NCBI RefSeq assembly: GCF_964355755.1
Contig: NC_092675.1
Coordinates: forward strand, 3,591,812-3,655,811
Direction of reading: 5' to 3'
Length of the DNA stretch: 64,000 nucleotides
From: Antedon mediterranea
Taxonomy: Eukaryota > Animalia > Echinodermata
The position numbers and the translations under genes were made by a program. This document shows positions 12,826-28,000 of the stretch, in pieces. The notes below the pieces were generated by a model that did no database searches, was not told the origin of the DNA, and worked only from the letters and a program-made list of their open reading frames with translations. How positions within the stretch are numbered: the first letter of the stretch is position 1; every line of letters starts with the position of its first letter.

Positions 12826-15807
12826 ATTTTATCCTTTTGCATACACAAAACTTGTTGAGTTACTGACTTTTAATGTACCGGTAGCTGTAAAAATAAGAAG
12901 TTATGATTCTGTATGTTACCAACTCTAAAAATGATAATTAGCATTGCACTTACTACATTGTCACATGGTCTAGAACCTACTTTCCAAACACCTTTTTTCT
13001 ATTCATAATCATTTTTGTTTATTCATTGGCAGATCACCCTTTTTTGCATTCTGCGAATTAAAGCTATTTTTCTTCTAATTAATTCATTATTTCCACAGTT
13101 GTTGTTTTCACTATATATCCGTATTGTAAATTCTTAAATGAAAGAAAGTTTGTAAAAAGGGTTTTTATTATTTTTTTTTATTGAATTAACTAATTAATGA
13201 ATAGGTTTTATAAAGGAAGCACTTGAGCTGTGATACTCAATGTTTTTCAGTTAAAATTGACAACAATAACAACACAGCATGATTTTAATATGAAAAGTTA
13301 TTAATAGATTAATTTTGTTTGCTAGTTTTATCATGTTTTATTAATTATTTCTTCAACATTTGTTATGCTACTCTATGTTAAATTTTGTGAGGTATGGGGT
13401 GGATGAGGTAGATCTTACCATGGAGAAATAAGATATTATTATTATTTCTTCATGTTCTTACTAAATAAATGTGTTTGTTATTTTCTACTTATTCTGTTAT
13501 ATAAATAGATAAGAAGATATATTAATCACCTCATAACTTTTCGCAGCCCTTCACAGGTTCCGCCGGTCTTATTTATAATTTATCACAGACTCTGTACATA
13601 GAAAAGAATATAGAGAAATAAATGTTTCTTAAAGGAAAACAAAAGTTAAAAATAAAAAGTTAGTTTAAAAAAATAAATGTATTCAATTATAATTATTTTT
13701 GTTTACAATTTTGAATGCATTAATATTGAGTGTATTTGTTTTGTGTGTATGTGAAAGAATTCTGAAAATGTTTTTATTTCTATATACATTTAATGTAGAA
13801 GTGCACGTTTTTAAGTTGGCCTAGATTCAATACTGTCGAACAAACTTGTTTAATCTTTGTAAACATTTTCATTCAAGAAATTTATAGTATTATTATAAAT
13901 AGACTATAAAACAGAACATGCTGAAATGTACATACATAAGCTTCCAGGTCCCTTGGTCCTCCTTATTGTTTACCTCCGTGATTAAATGGAAGAATTGATC
14001 CATTGGGAGTTGGAACCTAGGGATATGGGACAGACGAATTATCAACTGGAAAGTATGATTGGGGAAAGAGGAGGGTGGGGAAAATGAAACGGAGACAAAT
14101 TTAATAAAACCCTGTTATTAAATAATTAAAGTATTAACATACTTGAGTCTACTACTTCCTGTAAATAAACAACAAAAACATTGTTGTTTATAAAGTTTAA
14201 ATTGTGATGAAAATTTACAAAAATATAATAGTATCTAGACATAATAACCATGAGTGCATTCAATTTATTTTGAGAATTAAGTTTTATGTGGATTTTATAT
14301 TAAGATGTATTAGTTTTTAGTAGAGATTTGTATCTTACTTTTAAATTTGTCACGCCAAACACAGACTACTTTTTACACACCTGGAAATATCATAAAAGAT
14401 CTTACTTAAAATATCTTAAACTAATTAGATAGTTATTTAGGATATCTTAGCCAAGGATTAAATTAAATTTTTACTAGTGAAATTTTTATTTTGGATCCGA
14501 TCTTCTTTTGAATTGTGAAAATGCTTTATTCTTTTATTATGTTCAACAATTTCTTGTTAATTCTGGAAGATTTGATTGATGTTTCTGTTAGTTTTTTTGT
14601 TTTGAAATGTCATATTTGTTATCTGAGGCGCCTTGAAACTAAGATGGTTCCACCTTGTGAGGTGCTTCTGTGTAATATATTGAATAAAAAAATCAAAATA
14701 AGATATCTTTATTTCCGAATAAATAACTGTTTGGCACGCCATACACAAACATGTACTGTTAGGCATACACACCTGGAAATATCCTTCCTACTGAGTATAA
14801 TGAGATGGGGAGACAGGATGACATAATGCTAAAGTATTAAAACAGTCAAGTCCTTGTAGAATTAGCAGAGGTTTAAGAACTAACAGCAACCTATATCTGG
14901 CTTCTTTACAGAAACAAAGCTTGCCAAATATCTCCTATGACTCTCTGTGAGAACTAGAACAATACAATTATTTATGACTTTAGACTAATTACTTTGGTAA
15001 TGAACTTCAAATGTAATTATAAAGAGGTCTGTTTAAGTTTTCACATTGATTGAGTCATATAAAGTATAGATAAAGATAGAATGTAGGTTGTACAAAGAGT
15101 TTGACCATGGGGTAACCAATCTTTGTGATCCTAAGGATCATCCTAAGGACAGCAGGATTAATATATTTATTAATTTATCCATTAAAACACAGTAATAAAA
15201 TTATTTTTAATTTAGTAAGAATTTGTCAAATTTGATCAGCGCAACCTGTTTCACATCTCTGCCTTAGTTACAAAATTATTTTTGTTCACTAAAGCTACAA
15301 AAATTGTGTAAAAAACAACGCTATAGTTAATGTTCAGACGGCCTTATGTCTGATGTAAACATGAAGTAGTGCGCCTACACGACTCTAGTTCGCTAGCGTG
15401 TAACTTTACATTCCTTGTGTACGCGGAAGTCTTCTCGGGAATAAATTGTCTGTATAGGAAGGTTGATGTAACCAGGGCTTACAAAAAACAAACTGCTACT
15501 TCAAGGTTTAGTTCCAACTCATCTGAATATCTCTATTCATTTTTCATCTCTATTTTTTCATGAGGGTAGACCAGCTCCTGTAGCCCTATATAATACATAT
15601 AAAAACATAAACAGTTTTCAATTGTGTTTAAAATAATAATAGTACAACTGAAATGAACTAAACTTATTTTGCATACCATATAAAACATCCCTATTTTGAA
15701 AATGTATTAGTCCACATCTTTGTGTATCAAGTTTAAGTGCAAAATCTATTCACTTCTGAAGCTTTGAAACTCTTACATAATAGTATCCAATTTGCTAATG
15801 TCATATT

Positions 15808-15836
15808 GACCAATCAGAAACAAAGTGGGTGTGGCC
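15808..15836 (+). promoter_or_regulatory. Candidate promoter: CCAAT box and GT/Sp-KLF box
   Basis: GACCAATCAG at 15808-15817 and GTGGGTGTGGCC at 15825-15836, ~200 bp upstream of the signal-peptide ATG; a locally CpG-rich patch with an ETS-like GCGGAAGT lies near 15423. Confidence 0.5.
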
Positions 15837-16035
15837 AAGTATACAGGTACAGACAAACTTCTTTAGACATGATCAACCCTAAATGTAAAGTGAAATATCT
15901 GTCTGAATAGTTGTTACACAGAAGTCTATTGTAGAATGTGAGAAGATTTGTTTAACTTTTGGAGAAAAGTTATTCTAATTGTGAATTTCTTTTTGTGTGG
16001 TTATATATATACGCTTGTCAGATAGGGTACTAAAT

Positions 16036-16098
16036 ATGAAGATATTTTACACATTGTTTCTTGCTTTGTTCGTGGTGGCTGCAGAAATCAATGCTCAG
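16036..16098 (+). CDS. THSD4: Signal-peptide first coding exon MKIFYTLFLALFVVAAEINAQ
   Basis: aaatATG start context, basic residue plus hydrophobic core plus small-residue cleavage region, donor CAG|GTAGGT in phase 0 matching the phase-0 acceptor at 37925. Confidence 0.72.
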
Positions 16099-19000
16099 GT
16101 AGGTTCAGTATCTTTGTCAGGTGTTCTGTTTTGATTTCAAATGCTTCTTAATCTAATAAGCTTAAGTAGGATTTTGAAGTGTGTTATAATTTACGCTGAC
16201 CACATCATAGGAAGTCTCTAAGATGAGAACCATTTGTTTACTTATAAACATATGTATACATAATGCAATATTTGATTTTGATTTAATTAAACTTAAGATG
16301 TTTTTGGTGTGGTTATATCAAATTAGTTTAAACCATAATTAGAACACCTTGCCCACTGTACATTGTATTAACTCATTGTGTACCAAAATATTATATTTTT
16401 AAAACATCTTCACAAATTTACAGGCATAGAGGAATCCTAAAGAATGGTTCCCACTATAGACGCAACGCGAGGATGTAGACGCAAAGAAAGTGAGTTGACC
16501 AATGGAAAGTGACAGTTCAAAAAATCCAACAATTGTGTTTGGTCAAATCACTTTTGTTGTGCTTACGTCCTTAAGAAATAAGAAATAGGCGCCCTAATTG
16601 AGATTCCAACCTGGAATCTTCTGCCATTCTACCACTGGGGTTTCTTGGTATAATACAATTTGAACTTATTAACAACTTCTAGAATTTTGAGTTTCCCACC
16701 TCATGAGGCAATGATGTTTTTCTATTTATTTGTAATAAGAAACCCAAACATATTTTCACTCATCGAAGCTTCTATTGAAAGATGGGAAACATGTTTCCTC
16801 TCACATTTTTCTCTCCAATTAAAAACTATTAAATGTCCATATACAGTAAATTATGATTGTTATACAGTCAACTTTCACAATTCAGACATCCGAAAGTTAG
16901 ACAAAAAAAAGCAATTTATATTTTGACAGGTGTAAGAAAATGAATATAAAATATGTTATTAATATACATAGACAGATAGTCTTAGTTGGACCAAGCAGCT
17001 GTGGGATAAATTTATACAAATTTAGGCTAGGCCGAAGAGACTGTAGGGTATACATTTTCATTGACTCTGATACCCCTTTAAAACTAGGACTTTCACATTG
17101 TCTAGAAAAACTCTGGACTTTGAACACACCGGGATGCACACCATATGGTGTTGAAGCCGCAGTGTGTGCATACTAGGCACGGGACTAGGCAGCAACGTGA
17201 AAGCAGTACACAGTTTTAGTACAATGTCTGTAGTTTTTTTTTTTAGAGGAAAAATATTTTATCAACATGTCAGGAATTATTATTTTGACATCAAGCCATT
17301 TGAATTAGAAAATGATACTGAAAAATAGGCTATTGACTTTAATCTAAATTAAAGAAGCTAATGATAACCCACACTCTCCAGAAACATTAATATTTACAGT
17401 CGGAACTTAATTCAATGTGGGCGGCTTTTAGAATTGTGACAATTTGTAAAACTTGACAATGATCCAACAATGATAAAATTCCAGTGTTAGCCTAGATTTG
17501 AGAGGAAATATTATGGGATTGAGACAGCAGGTGTTTTGTTGAGATATTCTGCACTAGGGTTTATCTAAAATATTTAATTATTGGGATGTTTTAAAAGAAA
17601 GAAAGTTTAATCAAGTTAAAGGAAGGTTTTAATAAATTATCAGTCTTCAAATTAATATTTTACTGTGCATAAAATGGTTAGGTTTTAAGCAAAAGCAGAA
17701 CATATTATATTGGAAGTATTTCCAGAAAGTTTCATCAACGCATTAAATAGTTTGTTAGTTTGTTTGTTTGTTTATTACTTTTCTACCAAATATAATAATA
17801 GACAAGGGTTTTCATTTCTTGTATTTAGTTTCCTGATTCTGCCATGAAATGCTACTCCTTTCAAATAGCAGGTAAATGGCACCCCACTAAATGTTTAGTA
17901 AGGTAATTTGAAATTCAAAATATTAATTTGTTTGACCTTGGATAAAATGATGTTGGGTTCACTTCTTCATGATTTTTGCCTCAAAAACCACACACAGAGA
18001 AATCTTCATCAATGTTATATCTTAGTTAACAACATTCAGTAATAACTTTAAGTAAAACAGTATGCTACATGCCTGAGAGATACTGTACATGCCATCATGT
18101 CTTAAATTAAAATGTCATCATCAAGAATTTACTTTTAGTAGTAATAATGTCAAATATTACATCCTATTGCAAAGTGATGTAGCCACAAGAATTAAATTAA
18201 AGTGGTCCGGTTTTCGCAAGACAAGGGAACAATCTCTCTTCAAGCCTGGTTTGTCAAAAGTAGTCGGGTTGAAACCTTACTAATCCTACTGGTGGCTAAG
18301 GCCTGTATTGTGAAACACTTTCTTTTCATTGAGAACTTTTGATACAGAATTATATAAGAAATAACTTGAATAATCCTGGTATAATTTTCAATAAACTGTT
18401 TTTCAAGGACATATTAACCTAAATATTTGTTTGTGTTTTCCTAATTTGTCATTTATTCACCAATTACTGTATGTCAAAAGTTACAGAGTATGCACGTAAT
18501 CTCGGTGGGATTTTAAAGACTGTAATTGGTCTCAACACCTATGTGGTATGCCCATCCATACTCCCTAAACAGTACTGGGTATATGCTTGTTTCATTACAC
18601 CCCTAAAGAGGGAAATATCATAATTGGCTTCAACTTGTTTATAGCATGTTCCATCCATAATGGAATTATGCCACCATGGGGAAAACTTACAATTCCTGGC
18701 CATGACCCAATCACCAACAAATATTTAACATGATAAAATTCCTGTCATTTTTATTTGATTATTTGACACTTTGTTTATAATTAATTTAATTGATTTTAAA
18801 TTTTATTATTTACTAAGAAATTTGAAATAATATTTCTATATATTTTTTTTTAATTGTTTAAGAATGGTAAAAATCTTTCAACCCCAAGTGGCCAAGCAGG
18901 ACAGAGCACAGTAAACTCCAGCCATAATAATTGGCACAGGTTCAAGGCACTGCTAGACCATAGTCTTGGCGGCAGAACAAAGTTTCTGAGATATAGACTT

Positions 19001-22000
19001 TAAACTGGAGGTCCAGTGTAAATATCTGGCACTTAGCAGAAATGCAGTCGATAAGCAAATTATATTTCTAATATAACCAGATTATTTGGCGCTACACAGT
19101 AGAAAGAGAAAAGACATCTTTGCTACAATTGTCGTATTCGAATGGGAACTTTCTTTCGTCAACGTAAAGATTTGTTGAGTACTTCTTGTATTTGAATTGT
19201 AAATTTCTGCTCAACAGAACGTTGAATATAATTTCTAGAATAGAAAATGTTGACAACCTGCGCAAGCTTTTTCGTAAGAACAATCTCAACTCTCAAAATA
19301 AGTACTCAACGGAAAAACTGTTCTATGGTACAATTCCAATTGACAAATGGCAAATGTACAGTACTATTTATTCTAGTGCATTGTGTTCATAGGTTGCTTG
19401 CCTATACTACTTCCCTCATATATCAAACAATTTAATTGACTCAACGCTTTTCTTTATTGCTTTATCAAAAACATACAAAGTGAAATCTCTTTATTCATAG
19501 ATGCCCATATTTGGATAGTAATGAAAACATCCAGTATATTATTGGTGATTAAGTTTTTAGACTAGCCTACTTGGAACCTACCTGGCCAGTTTCTCAGGTT
19601 TTTACTTTGAAGGGTTAACGATGATGGGGGTCACTCACTTGTGGTCTATTAGATACAGCTGATTGACCACAGTTTGGAAGAAATATACAAATCCATTAAT
19701 GGTGACTTTAGGATTTTTAGCTTTCTCTTTCATTTCCTTATTCATAATTTATTAATTATTTCATCATAACTTTTCACTTGAAAATTTATTTTATTTAAAT
19801 ATAATTAATTATGGAATTTAAGTTATCTAATCTTTAATCATAAAGAATTAAATAATTATTTAATAAAAATACTAATGTATTCGTTCAAGTAGTCGATAAA
19901 CTTTGCTAAAAGTTTTTACAGTAAATTGGCTTTTTTAACATCCCATACTGATCAGAAAGTTAATTAAAGATAAATATGGAAAACAGAAGAATAGCTTGGG
20001 TGATATATTTATAATCATCATCATGACATCATCATTCAATTCATTTGTTTACTTACTTGTTTACTTATTTCTGGAGCTGAACATTTGCTGGGTCTGGAAT
20101 CGAGGCTAGGCTATGCCTATAAGCCCCTCTTGAAAATAACATCAAATCTCGAATACAGTGTAAATTATCATTTATTTATATAATATAAAAGAGACAAAAA
20201 GACCTTTTTATCATTTCTTCAAACTGTCCATACAACAACACCATAATTTGGATAAGCCTCTTCTTAATATTGGATCTTGGGTTTTATTTATATCTTCAAA
20301 AACAAATACTTTGAATGTTTCATTTTTTTACTTTTCTAAACTGTCACTAGTCTCAGAGTTTAATAGGCCAAATGATGGACAGTTAATGCATGCTACTACA
20401 ACATATGCTGGTTTAGTTGGGTAATCTGATTTCCCTGATAATTTATTACTTCTCATTTTGGCAGTCACTTGTAATGATAGAATATTTATCACCTGGTATT
20501 ATGTATGAAATAGTTGAAACAGAATATTATTTTGAAAGTATTCAATTACTGAAGAATATATTTGACCCTTGCTTTTATCATTTTTTATGAAATAGTTAAA
20601 ACAAACAATATGTTGCATTTATTGTTTTTCTCATATGTTCATTTACCCTTAAAAGCATGCATGTCGATCCAAATAATGCTTTACATCCAACTCTTGTATA
20701 CCCCTGTATCTTGAAATCCAATAATAATTTGATATAATAATAATAATAATAAAAATGTCCATTTCTATACCGCCATTTCAATGATCATTGCTCATGGCGT
20801 TGTAGACGATGTTACACTTTTAACCTATATGCTTCTTCCCTAAGGGCAACGACATGTCAGTACGGCGAAATTCAAGGCAGCACACACAGTCGAATGCAGA
20901 ACAAGTTAAAAAGCATATAAACATTGTACCTTGTGAAACTTAAATTGACTCTTTTTCCCACAAACATATGTATACGTAACATTTTCTTTCTTTCTTTATT
21001 TGACTGGAGTTAATAATTTACTTTATAATTTGAAGTCATTAGCTACTACAGTATGTCATGTCATGACCTAAAAGTGAAAGTATTCTCAAAATGTATTTTT
21101 AAGAATGATAATTTGATCTTTGGGTCCAGTAACACCCTGAAGGAAAAGAACAAGGTGAATGTAATTGACCCTTAAGGTAATTAATCATCTTAACATAATG
21201 GTTCGTAAAAAAGTAGTTATGAACAAGAAATATTTCTTACAAAAAACGCCGCTTGACTTTTTGACTATCATTTTTAAAAATTGTTCTTTCTTCAGATTTA
21301 ATGATCTATTATTTTTGTTTAACAATCAGTAGTAAACATTTTGTGTAAATATAGTCTTCACATACCTTTTTTTATAGAGATAAAAATCACCCAGAATGTT
21401 CATTCCAAATATTTTTTTAAAAATCTGTTTAAAACTGTACCACTGGGTCTTTTATTCAAACTGTTTATATATTGCTATACAAAAACCAGTTCTTAATACA
21501 AGGACCACTTTTCTACATTACAGTACGGTAAAACAAGTAAGATTGGTTTCTTGAAGAAGCTTTGATTTGATTTTAAAAATCGCTTGTAATTGATGTAAAA
21601 ATATGTTCTTTTTAAATCTTTTTTTCAAAGTTAATAAGGTCATTGAAAATTTGAAACTCTTCCTAATGGTCTTCCGAAGACTTTAAATGACTTTAAATAC
21701 TTAAGACAAGAGTGTAGATATCATTGATATAGTCAATAAATTGACAAATTATAGTAATTTAGTAAAAGTGAAACTTCCTTAATAACATGTAAAGACAAGT
21801 AGCTAGCAAGGGGATCAGTATTATCCCTTCCTTAATTTGATTTGTTGACGTTATTTTGTATTGCTTAATAGAGTACAGTACATGTCAAGTCTGTTAGACA
21901 GCCTAAATAAGCATGTCTCGTATACTAATTCCCATTATAGAAATGGTTTATACAAAGGAAATTTTTAAAAATTAATCTTAAAACATAATCAATGAAATGC

Positions 22001-25000
22001 CTCCTACTTTAAAACATGGTAGAGTCATTTATAAGCTATGAAGAATTTTGATGAATCATATACAAACTGTCAAGGAAAATCAGGTACAATTAAAAGAAGC
22101 AGAATGAATTGAAAGCAACAGAATGTTAAATAACTAATTGATTTAATAGCTTGCATTCCAAAATAAAATTAAGATTTGATGTTCCCCTTCTCGAAGTAAT
22201 CTTATTAATTATAAACTTATAGAAAACTTAAACTTATTAAACTGTAGAATCAAAATATTGGTTTCCTCATAGTGGAGAAGAGTGGGATTTGGAGGGGGAG
22301 ACTTCAATCAGAAATTTTCATTTCCTGTCTTCTTTCATGTACAAAAAAGAAAAACAGTTTGATAGGTAAGAACATAATGTCAATCTTTGAAATGATATAA
22401 GTTCGATCGCCACAGGATCTTTACCACACCAGTACCCATATTTCTTCTGGACATAATCTACATAAGAACAGAACACAAGATGACAAAATGGAATGGCACG
22501 TCCAACTGGAAAAAGTGTGGATATTGCTTTGCATAGTGGACAATTTTAAAATACATGTGACCTGATGGTACGTCCGTATTGTAGTACTGTATACAGTATC
22601 TGAAAGATATTGGAAGCTGGTACCCCTTGTAACTGCATTTTTCTGAACTTGTTTGACATTTCTGTTTTCAGGTTAAGTATTAACAACTTAAATCATGTTC
22701 TAGATAGAGGGGTAATAACCTAATCACAACTGTTCCTAATTAGATGATGGAAATAATTATTCACTTTGTTTATTTTAATATGTTTTGTGTTAAGTATTAC
22801 GAGTCGCCTTCTATCTGGGTGCCTTGCACCTAACGCATGTATACCCCAATGATTGAGCTTTTTCATCTTTTATGGGTTAAGTATGACAACTCCTGCTTAA
22901 TGTTGGATGTTGCCTGTCATGATCGGTGAGTCACATGATTCAATTATATGCTGTGAGGTGGTAGTAATGTTCTTCAGGTGTATGGATATTAAATATGAAT
23001 TTGATTATACATTATTATAGGTGTAGATTTACCCATTTTTCCATATATAAATATATTGTTCTGTCTGAATTTTTATACTGTTTCTGCTCTTTGTTCATCA
23101 GCTTATCTCTATTGAGATCCATTAAACTGCACATTCATAATTAAAAACAAACACAAATAAATAAATGTTAATATATAGAAATACATCTTTAATATTACTA
23201 CACATCAAACTTTATGTTACCAAAAAAAATGTGATGTGCCAATATATAGACATGATGATGTCATATCACTACCATATTTGGGAATATTACTACCATATTT
23301 GGGAATATTACTACCATATTTGGGCACTTCACACTTTTTTTGTCAAACTAGTTTGATAATGTAGACAGAGTTTTATAATGTGATGTGCTTAGTCGAGGCT
23401 TTATGCATTAGTGCTATATACAATAAGATCGACATATTATTATCTTTAGTAGAATGCTGATAATATTGTTGAACTGATAAAAATGAACATATGGTGAATA
23501 ATTATTAAAAATGTAGTTTCCTGCTTGCTCTTAATCATTTCATTGAGTGTTTCCCTGTTTGCGAGATGTTTTAACATACTCCTGCGATGTCTAGCATCAA
23601 CATGGAAAACATAAGTCTGCATCAATTTACAGTTGTATCCCCATCAGAGAACAGTCAATAATAACTCTAGAGTGTTTTACTTAGTTGGTAAAAGTCCCTT
23701 GTTATGATGACTATTAGGGCTTTGTTGTCATGTCACCATGGAAATGAAAACCATTGGAAAGGATGTCATAGTGGGAGTTTGTTCAGTCTGCTGCTTACTA
23801 TGAAAAAATGAGATAAACTCTCGCAAAATAACTTAATTTAACAATAGGTTAACGCCGGGAATACGGAACTAGTTGGCAAGTCTACACTGAAAATCTGCAG
23901 AATCATAGCTGATGGCGTTAACTTAATGAAAACACTAGCTAGTATTCTCTATCTTTATGCAATAGGTTGTTGGTGTTATAGAGATACTAAGTATTAAAAG
24001 AAACGACTTGTGTCAAGAATATAGGGATTTTTATTGATTTTTTTAATTTGACTTTAATAGTAATACCCTACCATCTTGCCAATCCATTTGGAAAAGTGCA
24101 AAATGGAAACAAAAAATAGGTCGTTGGTGTTTGAGATACTATAAGTATTAAAAGAAGGGCCATTTTTGTATTGAATTCAAGACCCATCTTGCCAATTAAA
24201 AAAATACATGTAAACATGGCTATTAGGATAAAGACAATTGTTTGCTATGAAGATCACTACATTTTATATGCTCTGCCTTAGATTTTTAACAGCTAAATTG
24301 TCTCGTGAAATACAGTTGTAGAATTTATATTATAAACGTTCTTTAGATATTGAGGTCTTCCACCCAACACCTGTGATATCCACGGTTTAGATGCTCTGTA
24401 CTTTGTTCACTTTGTCGGTGCTTTAATTCACGAGAAATTAGCTAATTCATTTTAATATCAAAATTAACAGTAGATTATGCCTAATAATTGAATCATTTGC
24501 AAACAATAATTTTCAAGGTAACAATTTGCTATTTGCAGACCAGAAATGAAACTGTTGTTAGAGACTTTAATTTGCATTTAATCCAAGCGTTTCCCGACAA
24601 AAACAAACAAAACTTCTGTTGGGCAACTTTCACAAGACTTAATGCAATATTAGGCTGATAAATATTAACTTTCACTATTTTCTTTAAGGAGCATGCAAAA
24701 TTGAATTTCTTGTAGGATCTTTGTGAGCACGCAGAAGATTTCCCTCATGATAGAAAACTATTTCTATCCAGACAGAACTTGAATTTCATATCAGATAAGA
24801 ATGTAATTAAATTTGATGTTGTATTTGTTGAAATGTTCCGTATATCAACACACTTAATTAACTATTTGGAAACTGAGAGAGAAGTATAATCTGATTGTGG
24901 TTCTTTCTTTGTTGGTTTTTGAATATTGATACAAGATAGCAAATTAATGTATTTATAAAAATGTTATCAAAATGTTTTAATGTAAAGTTATTTTATGGAT

Positions 25001-28000
25001 CTCATAAAACTCGAAATTTGGTAATTAATCATTCTTAGCAATTTTGTAATGGTTTTCCTTCTGAATTGAGTGGTGCTTCAGAATAAAAATGGTAAAATTT
25101 GCAGGGTAAACGTCACCAGTCCATTGTGTAGCAACATTTCAGACATTTTATGAGAGCAAATCATTTTCTTTCTTGCAACTCCCTGTGCAACCACCTTGTC
25201 CTGTGTTCCGTTTTCATAAAAACTTATTAGATTTGAGGATGTCTTTGGTGTCATGTCATACAAAACCTATGAGTGGAAGAGTGGGCCAAAGTTCAACTAG
25301 TTGGCACTTGCATCATACTGTGCTATTGCATCTATCAGCGCTCTCCCTTCTTGTACAGCTGAATTAATTTATAATTTGGCATATTCATTTGGGGATTTTA
25401 CCATAGTTTTTTCCATCGATTATGAGGTAAAAGGAGAATTTTTAACATTAAGTTGGTATCAACAAACAAGCTTTACTTAAAGTTTATCATTAAAAAACAA
25501 AAATTACAGATGTTCTGGTCTCAATCCAATAAGTAATTTTCTTTTGTTTCATTTTTTTTTTAATAAATCATATTTTTTCATGAACTGATTGATTGCGTTT
25601 CATGTTATAGTAAATTTGCCAATAATATATTATGCTTTGTAATGCTTTCTTCAAATCAATGTAAGTTTTAATAAAAACCATTCAAGATCTACAATTGTAA
25701 ATCCAATTAATTGATGGATTTCCTCTATCTGGGATATTAAATCCGAGAGTTTAAGATGTTACCACCCATGGGGATATGTGGACTTCCATGTACAATGACT
25801 GGAAAAAAGTCCATTGAGAATATAATGTTAAGCTGATACGCCCATTTAACGTCAGAGGATGGTTCATACTGTATATAGTGGGTGTAGATTCAATTGAGAA
25901 ATGTGGTTTAGTATGGAATAATAGTAATCATATTGTAATAAATCTTATAGGAGTGGTTGCATTTCATGTTATAGTAATATGTCATATTATATTATATTTT
26001 TAATTCTTTTTGATTAAAAATAAAGAAAATTAAAGTGCTAGTTTTTATTTTATAAAAGCATCATGACAGCAAATATAGGCCTATTTAGCAAGTAAAACAG
26101 TTCTAACTGTAGAGAATGCGTTTTATGAATGAATTACGTTTTTCAGGCTAAGAATATTTTTCTGTTTATACAATTTTACCTTATTGTAAACCTAAATATT
26201 TGCCATTTCATATTAATCATTTTAAAAATTAGTTTATTCCTTACGGGACAAAAAAGAAGTTCATAATTTGATAGATTCTGATAGTGTACAGAGAACTTTT
26301 ATACTTCGTGTAGAATTGTTGACTATCATTATATTAAATACTTCCTATCATAGTAAAATCTTATTCTCTAGATATTTTAAACTATGACGTCTTTGCATAA
26401 TATTCTAGACTCCTCCACCCAGATAGCAAAATCCTAGAGGAATGTTAACGTAATCATTCTTCCGTTTATTATTAAATCATTAGCACTAAACCCAAAATTT
26501 GGTGCACATTCAATACTCGCACTTTCAAACAACTGACAGCACCTTTTAACCCTTTGAAGATTTGGCCCGTATCCCATACAAAGTAATTTACTGTCACAGG
26601 ACGCGAGGCCTGTATACGTACGGGTTGACTTTTTGGTTTTGACCTTTAACCTATGAAAAGAAATTTTTTTTGGAAGGCCAAAACATTTTACATACGGTAA
26701 CAATAAAAAGAACAAAACCTAAAAACTAAACCTATTAAAAATACCTTATTTAGCCTCAGTCACTTGGGTTAGAAACCTCGCATCTTCAAAGCGTTAATTT
26801 TAAAGGGTTTTATTCAGCTACTGTTAGAATGGCAATATAATAATTCTTTACAGAAAACCAAAATATTAAACAAATAATAGTTTACAAATGTATGTGAATG
26901 ATTATAGCAAGGCCATATTACCATGTTTTTAAAATTATCCATTTGATTTTAATTAAAACTGAAAACAAAAAGGAATTTATATTCACAATGACAGATGCGC
27001 AATGATCATATTTTTTGAATTACTTTGCGAGTCTGCTTGTCCCCTTCCCCGAGTCCTTGGCCTGTCATGGGGAAGTTATCCATTGCCTAATACTTCAAAT
27101 GTTATCAATTATGATGTAATGAGAGATACTACTGTTGATATCAACATTTAAGAAATAACATAGGTTAGAAATTCATGTGGTCTGATTTAATTTTTATGTA
27201 TTAATTGCAAAATACTATTTTCTATTTTATTAGAACATTATTGTATGCTTTAGCATGAATGAGCTAACTTTAATTGAAGAGAAAATGTTTGTATCATAAA
27301 AACTTACTTTGTAAATACAATACAATTCAAATCTTTCTTCAGTCTGGAAAAGCTTATTCAATACATTAAAAGTACTGGTCTCCCAAGAGAGACGGATTTA
27401 AGATGAAAAATAAAATAAAAACATTGACAGTAAAAATTAAAAAAAAAACTATATACGTGGCTGTATTTAAGGAATAGGCTTATTTACTGGAACAAAGGAG
27501 GGAAAATACTGTATATTTTGACACAGGAGTAAACCTCTACTTAGGGGACACGTCTACTATGATAGGAAGGTGTCCCTACAATCGGGGTTCCATGTTCCTA
27601 AAATTTATCTTACATCACAATTTCTTGCACAATGATCAAAGGAAAAATCAATGTCAAATTAATGTTGGATCATCTCTGCGGTCACTATTGGTCTAATTCC
27701 CTGCTGCGTGGGTCTAAATGCAAAATCATCATCCTCTGAATAACATTGAAATGTTTTGATGACTATTCTGTGTCATTCAAAATGATTCATCTATTATTTG
27801 AAGCACCAGAAGACAATGATGTGGTCCCACCCTCTTGTCATGAATTATGACATATGTGAGACTATCATTCTCATTAGTTTACGAAGATTAACCTTATGTC
27901 ACCCAAGATGATTCATCTATTGTTGTTGGAAAGTTCCAGCAAAAAAATGTGTTTTGTTCTATGAATAGGTAAGCCCTAGATCCACCCACTTTTTTCCTTA

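Noticed and set aside
23165-23356. 63-aa ORF with YYHIWE repeats
   Set aside because: Translation of a MITE with a 21-bp internal triplication.
23961-24197. Degenerate local duplication (similar small ones at 14350/14735 and 25590/25957)
   Set aside because: Real but ordinary decayed duplications with no sign of function.
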